64,000 nucleotides of DNA from Tubiluchus corallicola (taxonomy: Eukaryota; Animalia; Priapulida), in NCBI GenBank assembly GCA_030141605.1, contig JAQGDQ010000009.1, positions 1,488,001 through 1,552,000 of the forward strand. The letters are read 5' to 3'. The position numbers and the translations under genes were made by a program. A model generated the notes under the pieces. The model searched no databases. It saw only the letters and a list, made by a program, of their open reading frames with translations, and was not told where the DNA came from. Below, in pieces: positions 14,737-28,700 of the stretch. Position 1 is the stretch's first letter. Each line of letters starts with the position of its first letter.

Positions 14737-17700
14737 CAATGTTTCCTGTAATGTTGTTTTAAAAAGTTATCATTTAATCTATGACTTTATTAGTACAAAT
14801 ACATCTCTCAAATCATTATAATGATTACATTAAGAAAAATTGTGATCATCTTTGCCCTCTATTTTGCTGAGGATGAACTTCGATTAAGATTGTATTCAAT
14901 TTTATTGTCGTCGCACAGAGTATAAATTTGCTCCTGTCTATCTTTATGCTCAAAGCGACCCAATTCTATTCCTTGTAGAGAACTTCAAATTTAGATTGAG
15001 CTAGCAGAGATTGTCAGGATCTAGTTAGAGGAATGTTCATCTAATTTTCTGTGCTAAAATTACATTTAAGCAATTTGTTAGTTTTTTGTTCTGGTTTATT
15101 GCATGCCAATTCTATCCATTCAGATTTATGTTCATCCAAAAATGTATTTATACAATTATTAATACTGTCTGACATTCCTGGATATTACTAACATTATCTA
15201 CTAAAAAACATAATCTACATTCACAGATATTGGCATAAATCTCTGAACATTAATTCTAGATTATCGCCTAGATTTAAATATTTCTTCCAAATTTGAAACA
15301 TTGATTTTTCTTCCAATGAGATTGGAAATCCATTGATTATGCTTCTTTGTTTACTGTTTGATAGTTTTGTTAATCTCGGTAATTCTGCAGCTTCACTGAT
15401 AATTAGTTTTTTCAAAGGTGTGTCTTGTCGTTTTACGGTTTCCTTTATAAAGTCCTTTAAATGAAGTAATTCACCTGCGATAGAATTGACAAGATAATCT
15501 TAATTACCAGCAGAATAAAAACATTTGGAGCTTGGGGATGTGTTTTTAAGTAGATGGTTACGAAAATAAAGTATGTATTCCTTGTCTGTTGGTATGTAAG
15601 CTAAACTCTCTATTTAACTTTAGATCACGAGTGACAATGTTCAGATACAGCAGCCAACTGTTAAGCAATATAAAACTGCTATGGAGGTAAGACTTTCGTT
15701 GTGTGCATGTAATCATACTGTTTTAAGTGCCGATGGTTTAATAGTTCAGATATAAGAAATTGCTGTAATTATTCGTTTGCACAGTATCCAACAAAAAAGG
15801 TGTCAGTAATATACAGGGTGTGCCAGAAGAAATAATATAGTAGAAATATCATATACAGTGATAGTCTGAAATAGGCTTGTTAAATCTCAATCAGTTCCAG
15901 TTGAATGTTAGGTAAATTCAGGACGAAGTTACAAGTCATAAAAAACATGCTTGTTCAACACACTTTGGATAACATATATTATTTTGTACATAATAACCTG
16001 CACATCACTGCATTATGGCATTATCATGACTTAAAAATAATAATGTATTTGCATAACTTCACTTTTTCTGCCACATAACTTGATTTTTAAATATTTTTGT
16101 ATGTTCCAGTATATACATAATTTGCATATCAACATATATCTATTGCACTGTTTTTTTCTGAAGAACCCTGTACATTAAATTTGCCTTGGATTTAGCCAAG
16201 TCAAAGCAGTTTTCTGTGCTATAGTAAAATAAAGAAATTTAAAGCTGTGAGTGAAACTTGAAGTATTTTTAAAACTATGATTTCTATAGTGCTTGTAGTG
16301 TAAATTCTCAGGCATTGCATATTGGCACTAACTTAAAACCATGTTTTTATCTTGTAGTTTTTTGCCTGACCATTTCTCTTTTTTGTATAAATTAACCACT
16401 ACAAATTTGTATAAATTGTTACCATAATCACGATGCAAAGTTAATTTTTCAATTAATTCTAGTTATTATTGTTTATGAAGTAGATCAGGTTTCTGCAACT
16501 TATTTTGTGACACATTTGCAATGTCAACTTAATAGGCAGTTTTAAAATTGCTCCCCTGTTTTTATTTGCAGTTTCTGATGGCATCGTGTTCTACTAATTC
16601 AAAGCTGGATCTAGCCAATTTCATTCAAGCATCAGCAATGATATGTCGCAAAGATTTTAATCAGCTAGTAATTGAAATTGAATTGCTAACTATAGCGACG
16701 AAGTTTGAGGCAATGCCTATTCAAGAAGTACAGCTTTTGCCTTCAGCTTTGGTAAAATCTCTGTCACATGATTGTAATAACAAAAGCAGTGAGCCTAGAA
16801 GTGGGTAAGTACAATTATCAGCAGTTGTGTGGCAAATTAATTTTCCATTCAAAAGATGATGATTTATAATTATATATAGCTGCTCTATGAATACCAAGTG
16901 GTTGAATAATAACTTGCTAAAACTTTTTTAAATATTATCAATAATAAGTGGGTTAACGCGGTTTTAGCGTATAAGTTTTTGCGTGAATGATAAAAATGAA
17001 GTTCTCTTAATTTCACCATTGAATCTTATTTGATTACATGCATCTTAGGTGGATAAGTAAGCGGGAGAGACATTTTTAGTCTGTAAAGGTAGATTCATAT
17101 GGTTTTTCAGGAAAAGAAAAAAATTTCATAAACTTTGCATATATATAACGATAAGTGTAACAGCTACTGAAACATTGTATTATACAGTGTTACAATCTGC
17201 TATTGAAATAAGAGTCCTTTTTTAGCATAATTTGTTGCAATAATGTTATGGTATAGTAAATTTGATGTGATGTTTAGGTACATTGCTATTAACAAGTCAC
17301 AAAACATAATGCTTGTTTTGGAGTCTGATTTGAAAGTTCCAATTCTTCCTATTGTTGGAGTGTGAGTATTTCAATTTTGTATTTGACAATCAACCACAGA
17401 TAATTTTGTTGTTTTCAGTACCTGTATTTGCTAATTGTATTTATTTGTTTGTTTGTTTGAACCTGGGTGAGCATTGTTGACAATTACACAGCAGGAATGT
17501 GATTTTCATTACTGTATTTACTGATTGTATTTATTTATTTGTTTGTTTGTTTGTTTGCAGCTGGGTAAACAATGTTGATAGTGTGCAGCATCCTTTTGTG
17601 TGGATGGCATGTTTGAGATACTTACACACATCTGCTATTGAAAAAAGGTATTACTTGTAGTATGGCTAATTTAGTGTTAAATTCATTGAAAAACTGAAAT

Positions 17701-20700
17701 TTGCTTTAATTTGAACAAATACTTGTAATTTGGTAAAGACATTTGGAAAACATGATTCATTCCATTATACAGTATACGAGCATATGTATAAATTATGTAG
17801 CTTGACTAATTTCACTTTTACTTTTTTTCTATATTCTGTTGCTTGAAAACGCATTTCCTGTTGTGTACATCAAACCTCAGTTTTTTTCACTTGTAAGTTG
17901 TTGTATTAATCCAACTTTATGTAAGAAATCACATGCAGAAATTTTTGCTAGATACGTTTCTAGTTCTCTTGGCGTAAAAATATCTAGGTCTCTGTTTTTT
18001 TACTAGAACTGCGATAAAACTACAATTACAGTAAGATAATATAAAATATAGCTAACATACCCAAAAACTGTTTAACGTAAAAATAACTTTTCTTTAATAA
18101 AAAAAGCTAACCGCAACTTAAAATTTGACGCAAATTTTGTTAAACTTCATGGCTATCTTCCGAATGAAAACGGGCTTTGAAATTGCATTTTTTTCAATGC
18201 ATTATGTTTTTGTTCGACCGTTGCATTTTGTTGGTTTTCCTCGTGCTTGTTTGGAAATGGCAGGCTAAACAAATGTGCTAGCAATGGCTTCCTTGGATAC
18301 CACATCATTTGTGTGATGCTGCATTTGTAAACAATGCTACACAGTGAAATGTGACACGTGATAGTCTAACGCAAATGATGACTTAAGTAAGGCGTGTATT
18401 TCACTAGCGTCATCTAATGAGTAAAACCCGCTAAGTCAAATTCAAGATTTCTTTTGGAAAAGACATTTTCTCACCTCTTATATAAACCACCAAGAGAAAG
18501 TTAAAAATATCAGAAGATCTTAGTTGGAACATTTTCTTTCTGTTTTTTGTATAAAACTGAAACTTTGTGAATAAAAAGCATGTTGTACTTGACATTTAAA
18601 GATTTTTTTAACATTAATGAAATTTTAGTTTTTATTTTTGATTAATGATTCTTCTATTTGTTATTCGCATTTGCAGCATTGGCCCACAAAAGGAGTAAAA
18701 CAATTTTTATAATGATTTCTTACTACATTAATATAGGATTTGCAAGCCTCCAAAACCTTTTCTATTGGCTGTGTACTACAAATACGTATCAGCGGCCCAG
18801 TTCTACAATTGCACAGTGGTAGATCAGTCAGATCAGTTTAAATTTGATTTGTATAAAGGAAACAAATTGCTTCAGATGCCTGAGGTAAGCTGTATCATTA
18901 TTCGTTCTTACTGATTATAATGAATCTTATTGCCTTCATTCATCTTCTCCACAGATAGATTTTTCTACATGAAATGCATACATAGCTTCTTTTTTATGCG
19001 AATTGTTCTTATTTCATCATTGTTACGTCAAGCAAACGTAGAAAATGTGTTGACACAATTATTTTTTATACTGTAGTTCATTCTTAACTGAACGGGCATT
19101 GTTGACTTAACTGACGTTACATAAACATCATAAACAACATTGTAGACCCACAATGGTGTTTTTCTGGGACAGCAATAGCTTTGCTATTTTTACCTTGAAA
19201 ATTCAAAATCTACCATACATGCAGTTTCTTATTAATTTCATTTTTTTTTGCAAATTTTTCTGTATTAAAATGCATTTTTTAAATAAAAGCCTTCACTTTT
19301 CAGGGTTCTGCTAAAGAAAAGCAATGCAGTGTAGATTTGGTCAAACTAGGGAGCGGGAGCACTCACTTAGAATCCTTTTCGAAAGCCTTAAAGTTGCTAG
19401 TGCAAAAACATAAGAAGAATGAGGTTACTGGGCCATGGACACCTTCAGCTGGTGATCAAGATACAGAACCTAGGAATTCCCCTAGTCCATATCCTTCCGG
19501 AAACAAGGTATTACATAGCTGTTACCATTGTACGTTTTTGATGTGTCACAAGTATCACTACTAATATATCACTAGTATGAGATAGGCAGCACCAGTTGAT
19601 TGTGTACTTCTAGGTTGAGAATTGAGACCAGCTTTACCATATTAAGCCAGTAGCTCAAATGAATAACGTACTTGCAATGTAGCAAAGGTTCTGTGTTCAA
19701 GTCCTGGTTGTTTTACAAGTGTCTCATTCAATTAATTGGCCATTAGGCTAAGTGTTACATGTGTGATATTCACCTTTATGTTCGTACAGATGAGTGTGTA
19801 TAAAAAGTACTACATTTTCGTATTTCAAAATCAGTACCATTACATATTAACGTTTATTAATGAACAACTTTGAGTTATTTACAAGCTATGATGTGACTCT
19901 TGAGGTTATAGTCTTGGTTTTGGTCTTGTTCTCACTGGTGTCAGTGTTGACCTTGGTGATGGTCTCACTGGTGTCAGTGTTGTCCTTGGTCTTGGTCTCA
20001 CTGGTGTCAGTGTTGACCTTGGTGATGGTCTCACTGGTGTCAGTGTTGACCTTGGTGATGGTCTCACTGGTGTCAGTGTTGTCCTTGGTCTTGTCCTCAC
20101 TGGTGTCAGTGTTGACCTTGGTGATGGTCTCACTGGTGTCAGTGTTGTCCTTGATCTTGGTCTCACTGGTGTCAGTGTTGACCTTGATCTTGGTCTCACT
20201 GGTGTCAGTGTTGACCTTGGTGATGGTCTCACTGGTGTCAGTGTTGACCTTGATCTTAGTCCCATGAGTGCCAGGGTTGACCTTGATCTTAGTCCCTTGG
20301 GTGCCAGGGTTGAGTTTTATCTTGGTCTCACACTGACTGGTACTAATACTTGATTTTGGCCTTCATATCAACCTAGTGTTGAAATTTATTTAACGTTATA
20401 AAAAGGTTATATCGTTTAATAATTAAACAAACCAATTATTTAAAGTCATACATGTATTTCACATGTCTCATGTATTGTATGGACTCTGGAAAGATGAAAT
20501 TAAATAGTGCACTTGTCATATTGTTATGTTGAATCAAACAGTTTTTTATTTGCTACTGATTTTGTGATGGAAAATGATCATAAAATGATTTGCACTAGCA
20601 TATACAAACTAATGTCAACTTTGCCATATTTATTTTTGTTTGAAATTAAATTGTTTTTAGGCACAAGTAATAGAGCCGAGTGTGCCGGAACCATCTCTCA

Positions 20701-23700
20701 TTTTTGGAGAAGACAATTCTCCAAAGACAATTGAAGAAAATTCTAAAAATCTAGGCACTGCGCGAATGATGACTTATGTTTCACAGACTGAGTTGCTAAA
20801 TAATAAAAAGTCTACCAAATCGACTGCTTCAAGATCTAATGAGAGTATGGAAAAGAAACGAAGGAGAAATGCAGCAATGGAAAGTTTGTTGACGAAAAAC
20901 TCAGCTGATCAGAACTCGGCTTCTGTAAAGCATAGAAGTAGTTCTCTGAGTAAGTTACAAAACACCAAGTCATCACGTGTCGAAGCTGATCAAACTTTGA
21001 CTATGCATAAGCAAACTAGACTGTCAAATAACCAAAGTAAAACAGTATTAAGGAAACCCAGCCAGAGTGCCTCAACAAGTCAGGCAGAAACTTCTAGTAA
21101 ACATGTCGCAGGAATCTTGAAGAATTCTCATAACCATAAAAGAATGAGTAAAACCTCGAGTGCATCTGATCTACAAAAGCAAAAGGATGTTGACTCATCT
21201 GCATTGGAGCCTTGCAATGGTCTACAACAGAAAAGTTCTGACAAAAGACTTTCTGATGCAAGTTCTCAACGTAAACACCGGGTATCGTTTCGTTCATCAA
21301 CTAAACTCAGAGAAGGACTTTCACTGAATACGGTAAAAAAAGTCAAAGATAACATTATGACATCAACTCCTCAGAGTGATAACACATCAAAAATGAGAGA
21401 TGTTGATCTTAGTGACGTAGAACTTGATGGTCATCATATCTGCAGACGCCAACGTACTCCATGTCAATGCACACACGAGCACACCGAGAAAAACTGCTCA
21501 AGTAAGTTCTTTGAGGATGTGTCGACCGAGCCTAGCCAGCAGGATAATCACGATCGTACAAGTGTACATGAAAAGCCAGATAAGAATGATGTAGCGGAGG
21601 AGATAACCACATCACACAATCTTCGGGAACTTCTTCGTAAGCAGGAAGAACAACTGCAGGCTTTGCAGTTGCAGGTTAAACTGCTGCAGCAGTCGCAGAA
21701 GTCATCTACTTCGTCCAGTGCGTTAACACCGCCCACAACACCAGATATGGTAACGACCACCTCCCAAACACAGTCGTCCAACTTACTGAGTGATGTTGAA
21801 AAAAGCACTACTGTGGAAAAACCATCATCATCATCTATTTCAACAATGACTAGCCTTATATGGCCTCCCCCATGTCCCACCTGCCTAGGAGGTCTTGAAA
21901 CATGTAAAACCAAAACTAGAAATGATGACAATACAGCGCCAGTTGGTAATAAGTCAAAATTAGAATCGGCAGCTTGTGGAAAACTTCAACAAATAGGACT
22001 AACATGTTCATCCTCTGCTAAAGATGTTTCCAATGATGTCAGAAATGACGCTATTGTTAGAAAAGAAGAAAAAGTTGAAAAGAAAGGAAGTAGGCGTATG
22101 CCTGAGAATCTAATTAAGACTACATTAGAAGCTGTTAACAGATTAACAACAGAAGAGAGATTCAACAGTATGGAGACATCGCTTCATGTGGATGTGCAGA
22201 GCTTTGTGGACTCTTCTTGGTAATCTTACAAAGTTTCTTCAGTTTTTTTCTCTACTTTCTACTGAATTTCATAAATATAATTACATATAAGAGCGAATGG
22301 TTATAGTGTGTACTTTGCAACCAAGGTAAAACAGTGCCAAGGCAGGTCAGAGAATGGATGGGTAATCACCTTGTTAATATTCATTCTGGGTGTTTTTACT
22401 CGCCATACTGACTGCCTATTTATATCTTTTAAACATGTTCACTGGTTCAGTGTCTCATCTTAGATGGTTAGTTTTGGTAATAAGCTAAACTCTGATCTAT
22501 GGAGTGAGATGTGCTATTTAGTGGTTTTTTGCTGGATCTCAAACTATATGAAAATTAATATCAAATATATCAGCAAACAGTTTATATTAGGAAGCAGGTT
22601 TGTGATCCGAGTTAAACAGAAAACTTGCATTACTGTTTAGGTGTATCAAAATGTACGTTTCCATTGTAATTATAATTCTGTTTAGCTGTTTGTAAAATGT
22701 AACGGAAAAACCACAATTAACTTATTCTTAAAGGAATAGGTGTTTTTAGACCATCGCTTATATTGATTTGTCTAAAATGTACAATTTATTATCTATAATC
22801 ATTACCAAAGTGGTTCTTTAACTTAAATAATGGTTTAGAAATTAAATAATAGTCTGCACGGACATAGTTAGTGATGGACATATGATTGGGAACATGAAGA
22901 TTGCCATACGTGCTGCTGTCTTGCAGTGATGTTGAGATACAAAAACTTTTAAAGTGTCAAGTTTATTACTGGGCTAAAGTATGATTTAGTAAGGGGGTTT
23001 CTATAGACACGATTTGTGTGAGTGGTCTTCCATCGACAAGGAAGTAATATTGAAGGACGGGCATTCTTGAAAAACAATATTGTTCTGTTAGTTATTTTAG
23101 ACCATAAACCACACTTTGACTTATGACCTAAGACTGGGTAAAGTTTCCTTTAAATAGGATGCATTTGCATTTAAAGTGGTTGAATTCTTGTGTAGTTCGA
23201 GACACTAAAGTTAGCCTGTGTTGTTACACTGTAGTGCGACTCACACATTAATATTTTCCTTTATTTAAGATTTTGAGCTATTGTCACCAGCCAAAAGATT
23301 TGGTGCTTTTGCAAGCTGTCCACATCACAATTAATAGGTGATGTCAGTCATTTTTTGTGAAATGCAATTTAATAACCCCTGTGTCTCTATTAATTATTAG
23401 CACGACAAGAAGTGGTTCGGAAATTACCAGCCCTATACTGGGAGAGAGTGCCAGTATGCGTGCAGATCAGCTTGCTGAAAGTCCTAACTCTGACAATGGT
23501 GGCAATGAAGATGTATTTGTTAATACGAATCATCCACACTTCTATCGTAATATCATGGTGAGAAAATGATCAGTTGGGCACAGAATATTTTCACTTTTGT
23601 TTTCATTGTTCATAAATACATTAGAACAAACAGTTTACTTGATAATACTTTTGTAATTGTAATAAATGTGGCACATGTAATAGTATTTAAGACAAAAGTG

Positions 23701-25241
23701 TAACAGTCAAAAATATAATTGCAGCAGGTTGTTGCACAATTTAACCTGGTCACTCTTTCAATGTGCCCATAGTAGGTTGCTCCTAGATGGAGTCCATTTG
23801 GTAATGACTGTTACATATTACTGATTAAATAATAAGAATATTGCAGACTTACAAAAACATTAACTTTTGAACAAGAGGAATTGTAAATTTGTAGTATATT
23901 TGATAATGTACGTTTAAATTACTTTCAATCGTTTGGCTTTTTCTTTTTTAGGACAAAATCCATAAATTTTTAACTCCAAAGAATGTGGAGGCAGATGAAA
24001 CGAAACAGCAACAAGCATCTCTTCCAGTACTTACTCCTCAACAAGCTAACGAACAATTTCATACAAGAACCCAGTCTGAACCATCACTCAGTAACATTGC
24101 TTGTGACGAGGCTAACAATAAATCGTATGTTTGTTTTACTTTACAATCAGTGTAAATTGAATTCTTAATACTGACATGAACAAAAACTGTGATGCAGTTT
24201 CATTTTATAACTGCGTCACAAATCACTTGCAATCGTTAACATTGTATCATTAAGTGTAGTTATGCATTCATCCGTTTAAATGGATCTATATGTGCATTAC
24301 TGAAGAACAAATAACAGGTAACTGGAGTACTTGTGCCCATCACTTGTGTAGTAGTGCAAATTGTTGAACACTATTTTTGTTGTTGAGCAGTTGTCGTAAT
24401 GGAGATGCCTAGAATGTTCTTAGGTAGAGTTATTACAAGACTAATAGAAATCACTATTCTGTATTACTTTCTCTCATCGATTATAATGCCCATTTCATTA
24501 CATCATATACAAAAACTAGAAATTTGTAAGTTGATAATTCTGTGGCCATAATTTGTGTATCCTTATTTTTCTTAGAAGTGACTCACATACGGAATACATT
24601 GTGCCACCAAGGCTCCAGTATGTATCATTGATGCAAGACATATCCAATACTGATACCAGTACACAAATTAATACCTTAGCTGCTAAGTACCTAGGAGGTA
24701 AGAATGTCACACCACAGCGAAGCACAGGCACGCTACTCAGAAAAGCTCTAACAGAGGGTGCTACATGCAGTTATGGTAATTGTTTAAATACAGTTTTTAT
24801 TTGGCACGGGTCTCACTTGTGCATTGTGACTAAATAGTGTAAGAGTAAACCAGACCCTATGAACTACAACTGGAAGTAAAAACGAGTAACAATAAAATCT
24901 GTCACATTGATTTCACCTAAGAAAAGATGTTGCAGAAAAATAAGTTTATTAAAAATTTATATTGCATTCTTGCAGGTTCTTCTGACATAACATTGTATGG
25001 AATGAGCAGCAAAGACCTGTCATTAGCAACAAACAGATACATGATCAAGCACGGTCTTATTCCAAATCCTATTAAATCAGCAGATAAAATAGAAGACACA
25101 AACACCCACCTAGTACAAACACAAGCGATTCATTCCAAAATGACACCATTATCTGCTATGCCTCCTAAACTGCAGAAAGGCAAGGACACAGTGCAAATAT
25201 TGGACATCAGTAAATTAAAAGAAATGCCAAAACTTCTATAG
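9901..25241 (+). CDS. STIL: SCL-interrupting locus protein (STIL/SAS-5/Ana2 centriole assembly factor)
   Basis: Exons 12653-12822, 13116-13231, 13868-13983, 15624-15686, 16572-16804, 17278-17361, 17561-17647, 18737-18884, 19304-19507, 20661-22219, 23401-23557, 23952-24124, 24576-24775 and 24976-25241. A possible first coding exon at 9901-9942 is in frame; otherwise the start is the ATG at 12659. Motifs: STIL_N (PLWD..PIG, LVLESDLKV..LPIVGVWV...W.ACLRY), PRxxPxP (PRNSPSP), PSVPEPSL, coiled coil LRKQEEQLQALQLQVKLL, SPILGESASM, STAN (PRLQYVSLM...INTLAAKYL) and C-terminal TIM (ILDISKLKEMPKLL). Confidence 0.9.
11502..12339. mobile_element. Putative non-autonomous DNA transposon with subterminal repeats
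   Basis: GTGTCGTACATGGGCAACCCAAGTAGGGCACT at 11554 is inverted at about 12299-12330, with internal direct copies at about 11918-11963. Termini CTGTAG...CTACAG. Confidence 0.5.
14697..15570 (-). mobile_element. Decayed 3' end of a non-LTR retrotransposon with an (AT)n tail, in a STIL intron
   Basis: Minus-strand translation, with stops and frameshifts, gives LTRS*QSLLAQ...IELGRFEHKDRQEQIYTLCDDNKIE, the C-terminal IExGR..CxxC..IED LINE motif. (AT)n at 14697-14736. Confidence 0.65.
15814..16170. mobile_element. Tc1/mariner-type MITE
   Basis: TA|CAGGGTGTGCCAGAAG ... TTCTGAAGAACCCTG|TA. Confidence 0.65.
19644..19712 (+). mobile_element. tRNA-derived SINE head or tRNA pseudogene
   Basis: A-box-like TAGCTCAAATG and B-box-like GTTCAAGTCC at tRNA spacing, but no intact cloverleaf. 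Confidence 0.5.
19911..20330. repeat. 33-bp minisatellite (about 12 copies) in a STIL intron
   Basis: Unit approximately GGTCTCACTGGTGTCAGTGTTGACCTTGGTGAT. It produces the 11-aa periodic ORFs VSLVSVLTLVM (+) and RPSPRSTLTPV (-). Confidence 0.95.
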
Positions 25242-25732
25242 AGAGTGAGGTAATAGTTTCTTTTGTTCTCGTGACTGATAGGCTCCGAGTTTTTGTGAAT
25301 TGAAGTAAATTATTGCTGTTCCATTTATTATGTAGCAGGTATAATTAATTTTTTATTTGACAAAGACAATAAATAGTGGAGATTCCTGAAATTAACTCAT
25401 GAAATTTGTAAATAATGTGCTGTTACTTATGTGTACACTGAACAATAAATTTAATTTATTTTGTGTGATAATAAACTTCTTGTTTTTATCAATTTTTTTG
25501 GTTATGTTGTGTTGTAGTTCAAGGTATCTGGTAAGTGTCATTGAAGTAGTGAAACTGAAATGGGCTTGTTTGTAAATGTGCAACATAATTTCTCCGCATT
25601 TATAGACCAGCAGTTCATAACAATGAAAGCTCAGATCCCACAGAAAAAAGTGAAACTGTCAATAGATTGTTGATATGATGAATGAACATATCTCATGTTT
25701 CAACTTGTAAAACAAAACACTTTATTCTTTTT

Positions 25733-28700
25733 TTAAGACTTATCGTTTTGCACACTGCCTGCATTATCACCAGTGTTCTTATCATCTATTCTTGCAGTAA
25801 GACTGTTATTATCTACATCACTGCTATTTGCTACTGCAAATATGCAGTCAATGGCACCAAGTAATTCTGGGATTCTTTCCATGAACTCTTCTTCTGCTGT
25901 AACAGCCTTCTGTAACCGCTGGAATAGCCCACGAACTTCTGGGTCCTCACACATGGTTAACCGAGAAACATCTAACAGCGCACTTGTGACATCAATTATG
26001 GTTGGCATAAATGCTGGGTTTGTAATGTGCTTTATCAAGAAGTTTATTAGAGGTTTAAGAGAAGCGAAATCTCTACCTGCTAATGCTTGTCTAATTCCGT
26101 CACGTCGTATCAATTCCTGCATTACTGAAACAGCCACTTCAGGTTTTTTCTCAAACTGGTAACTTGAAAGCACCGAGTCTAATGCTTTTGTCGATTCAAA
26201 CCTTTTCATGTGTTTGTCATGCTTGTACAGCACATTCTTGAACTGGTATTTAACAACAGACTCCTCATTGTAATTTGGCAAATGTGCATTGGCTCTTGAT
26301 ATGTTCTGGTAAGACCTTTTCTTCGCTAACTTCCTTTTTCGCTGTTGCTCTACAACGTTAGTTGGAGTACGTCTGTGCTGAATTGAAACGAGGCCATCGG
26401 CTAATCCAACGGCCATTGTTTTGTCATCTGCTGATATTCCCATGCTTAATACTGCTGTCGAATAGTTAAGCGTGTGCACAACTTTGTAGTTGGAGATGTC
26501 GTATATCTTTACAAGCCTGGAACAAGACACATACTTTAATAAATCACATGCCCTTGGGCAAGTCAACAGCTAGCAGCTAAGGATGGACTCAATTTTCAGC
26601 TGTGAATACAGTTTTGTTAGCCTCCATTTTGATTTAGAAATTATACCAACAAAAATCACTCAGAAGTTCAGTTAAATATTAACTGAACTTACTGTTACAT
26701 ACCTTAAAAAAATCAATGCCAGATCAGTGCTCAATGCTCAACACTTGTACTTCAACAAAGCGTGCATATGTGTTAATCACTTCAAATGCCAAACACAAGC
26801 AGCAAAAACATAGAATGACACCGAAATTTGAAAGCTGGGGATCTGAATTTAACCTGGCGGCTCATAAAATGGCTTTCCTTTCAAAACACTAACTAAACGG
26901 AAAAATTATATAACAAATACTTACACAAAAATGGTGACTGCAAAAGTTTTAGCCATTAGACCTACATGAGAAGAATGAGAGTATGAAATGTATTGATGAA
27001 GTACTATACCTGTCCAGTGATCCTGTCAAAAGACGCTGCTGATTACTAGCTAAACACATGCATGTGACAGTTTTGTGATGATTCACTAATTTGACCAACA
27101 GTTTCTTATTAAATGCATCCCATACATGGACTGAATTACCACCAGCTGACAGAAATACGCTGCCAGTCGGAAAAAATAAAACACTTTCAACTGGCATGCC
27201 ATGATCGACTGTCATAATACATTCTCTAGTCCGAGTATCATACATCTTGACTTTATGGTCATAACTTCCAGACAGGATAACATCGGGGCTCATCTGGCAC
27301 ACGGCACCAGCTCTTATATAATCATCATGCCCAGTCAATCTTACTACTTCTTTCTCGGTTGGAATGTCATAGCAACGAACTGTTTTATCATCAGAGAATG
27401 ATGCCACTTGCGTACTCAATGGTACGAACTTCACAACACGAACAGAATCTGTGTGGCCCTTAAAAACTCGTAAAAGAGATTTAACATTGGCGACGTCAAA
27501 TAACTTTACCACGCCTTCAGCACCACCTGCAGCTAAAATTTTACCATCGACTCGATAACATCCACCGTAGGCTGTATCTTTGAACCGGGTAACAGTGTGC
27601 AAAACATTGTTACTAGAAGAACTGTAGATAGAAACCTGAAATAAGATTACAGTCAAAATAAGTTATTCAACTCATTTTAAATACAGCATTTATAGAATTA
27701 AACAATGAATACTGATTACTTCATAGCTGTTGCATTTCATTAAATGTGTGCCACTTTAACTGAATTAGTGAATTTACCATGAATTATATACGCATATACA
27801 TTACTGATATATGCCATGCGCTGCTGAACAATAATGTTTAACAGATTAGCAGACTCTCTAATGACACACCAATCGACCCATATTTGCACTTTTAAAGAAA
27901 CCCATCAAAAGAGATAATTTTTGTAATATTATGCAAACAGAAAAAAGAAAAAAATCACATCTAAGCACGTGGTCCTGTACACTAAACCATTTTTTACATA
28001 CAGAAACAAAAGCCTAACTTGAGCATAGCTCATACTTTACCTGTGCTTACGAATACTAAAGATTAAGTTATGACAAGTTACTTGTATAATGTTTGTCCAG
28101 ATCGTAAAAAAATCATATTACATGTTACAGGTTCAAAATGAAGTTGAACTTATGAAGTCACATATGTTTTTTATACACTTCGGCACACAGCATGCTGGAA
28201 AACACTCGAAGGCTGGGCCTACTCAAATAGATGTTTGCGACATGAACAAATCCTGACTGATTATCAAGGATATACCTCTAAGATGAATCACTGATTTTGC
28301 AAAAGCAGCATGAAATGTGGGAACTCCACCACTAGACGACAGACCATGTCACGCTGAGCTTTATTTGGACATTTTCACTGCCAAGTTTTGCTTCTCACAT
28401 GTTGTTTATGAAATACAGTGAGATATCAATATACTCTTCATGGAAATCTGATTAACGAATGAAGTTGATAGACTCAATCAAGTACCTCGGTGGCAATACC
28501 TCTCACAATTGCAGATGGACTAATTATGCACACCGGAACTTCTTCAGCTAATTCCAGTTCAGGCTTTGTATGATAAAATATTAACATTAAAAACATATAG
28601 ATTAAAGAATGCACATACACAAGTCTTGTGCACCTGAAGATCTGTATATTGTCAGTTTGGTTACAAAGTTGGAGTAAGCTTAGAGAAGAGCTACAAGGTT

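Noticed and set aside
19644-19712. Functional tRNA gene
   Set aside because: The acceptor and anticodon stems do not pair convincingly.
19911-20330. CRISPR-like array
   Set aside because: The units are contiguous with no unique spacers, the context is a eukaryotic intron, and there are no cas genes. It is a minisatellite.
21548-21931. Antisense ORFs over STIL, UTP15, ABCG and AKAP10 exons (e.g. 21548-21931, 25773-26162, 43794-44033, 62102-62290)
   Set aside because: These are shadow frames of real coding exons with no independent motifs.
24550-24575. U12-type intron signal (GTATCCTT)
   Set aside because: The motif lies in the 3' end of an intron whose donor is the ordinary GTATGT; no matching U12 donor/branch pair was found.
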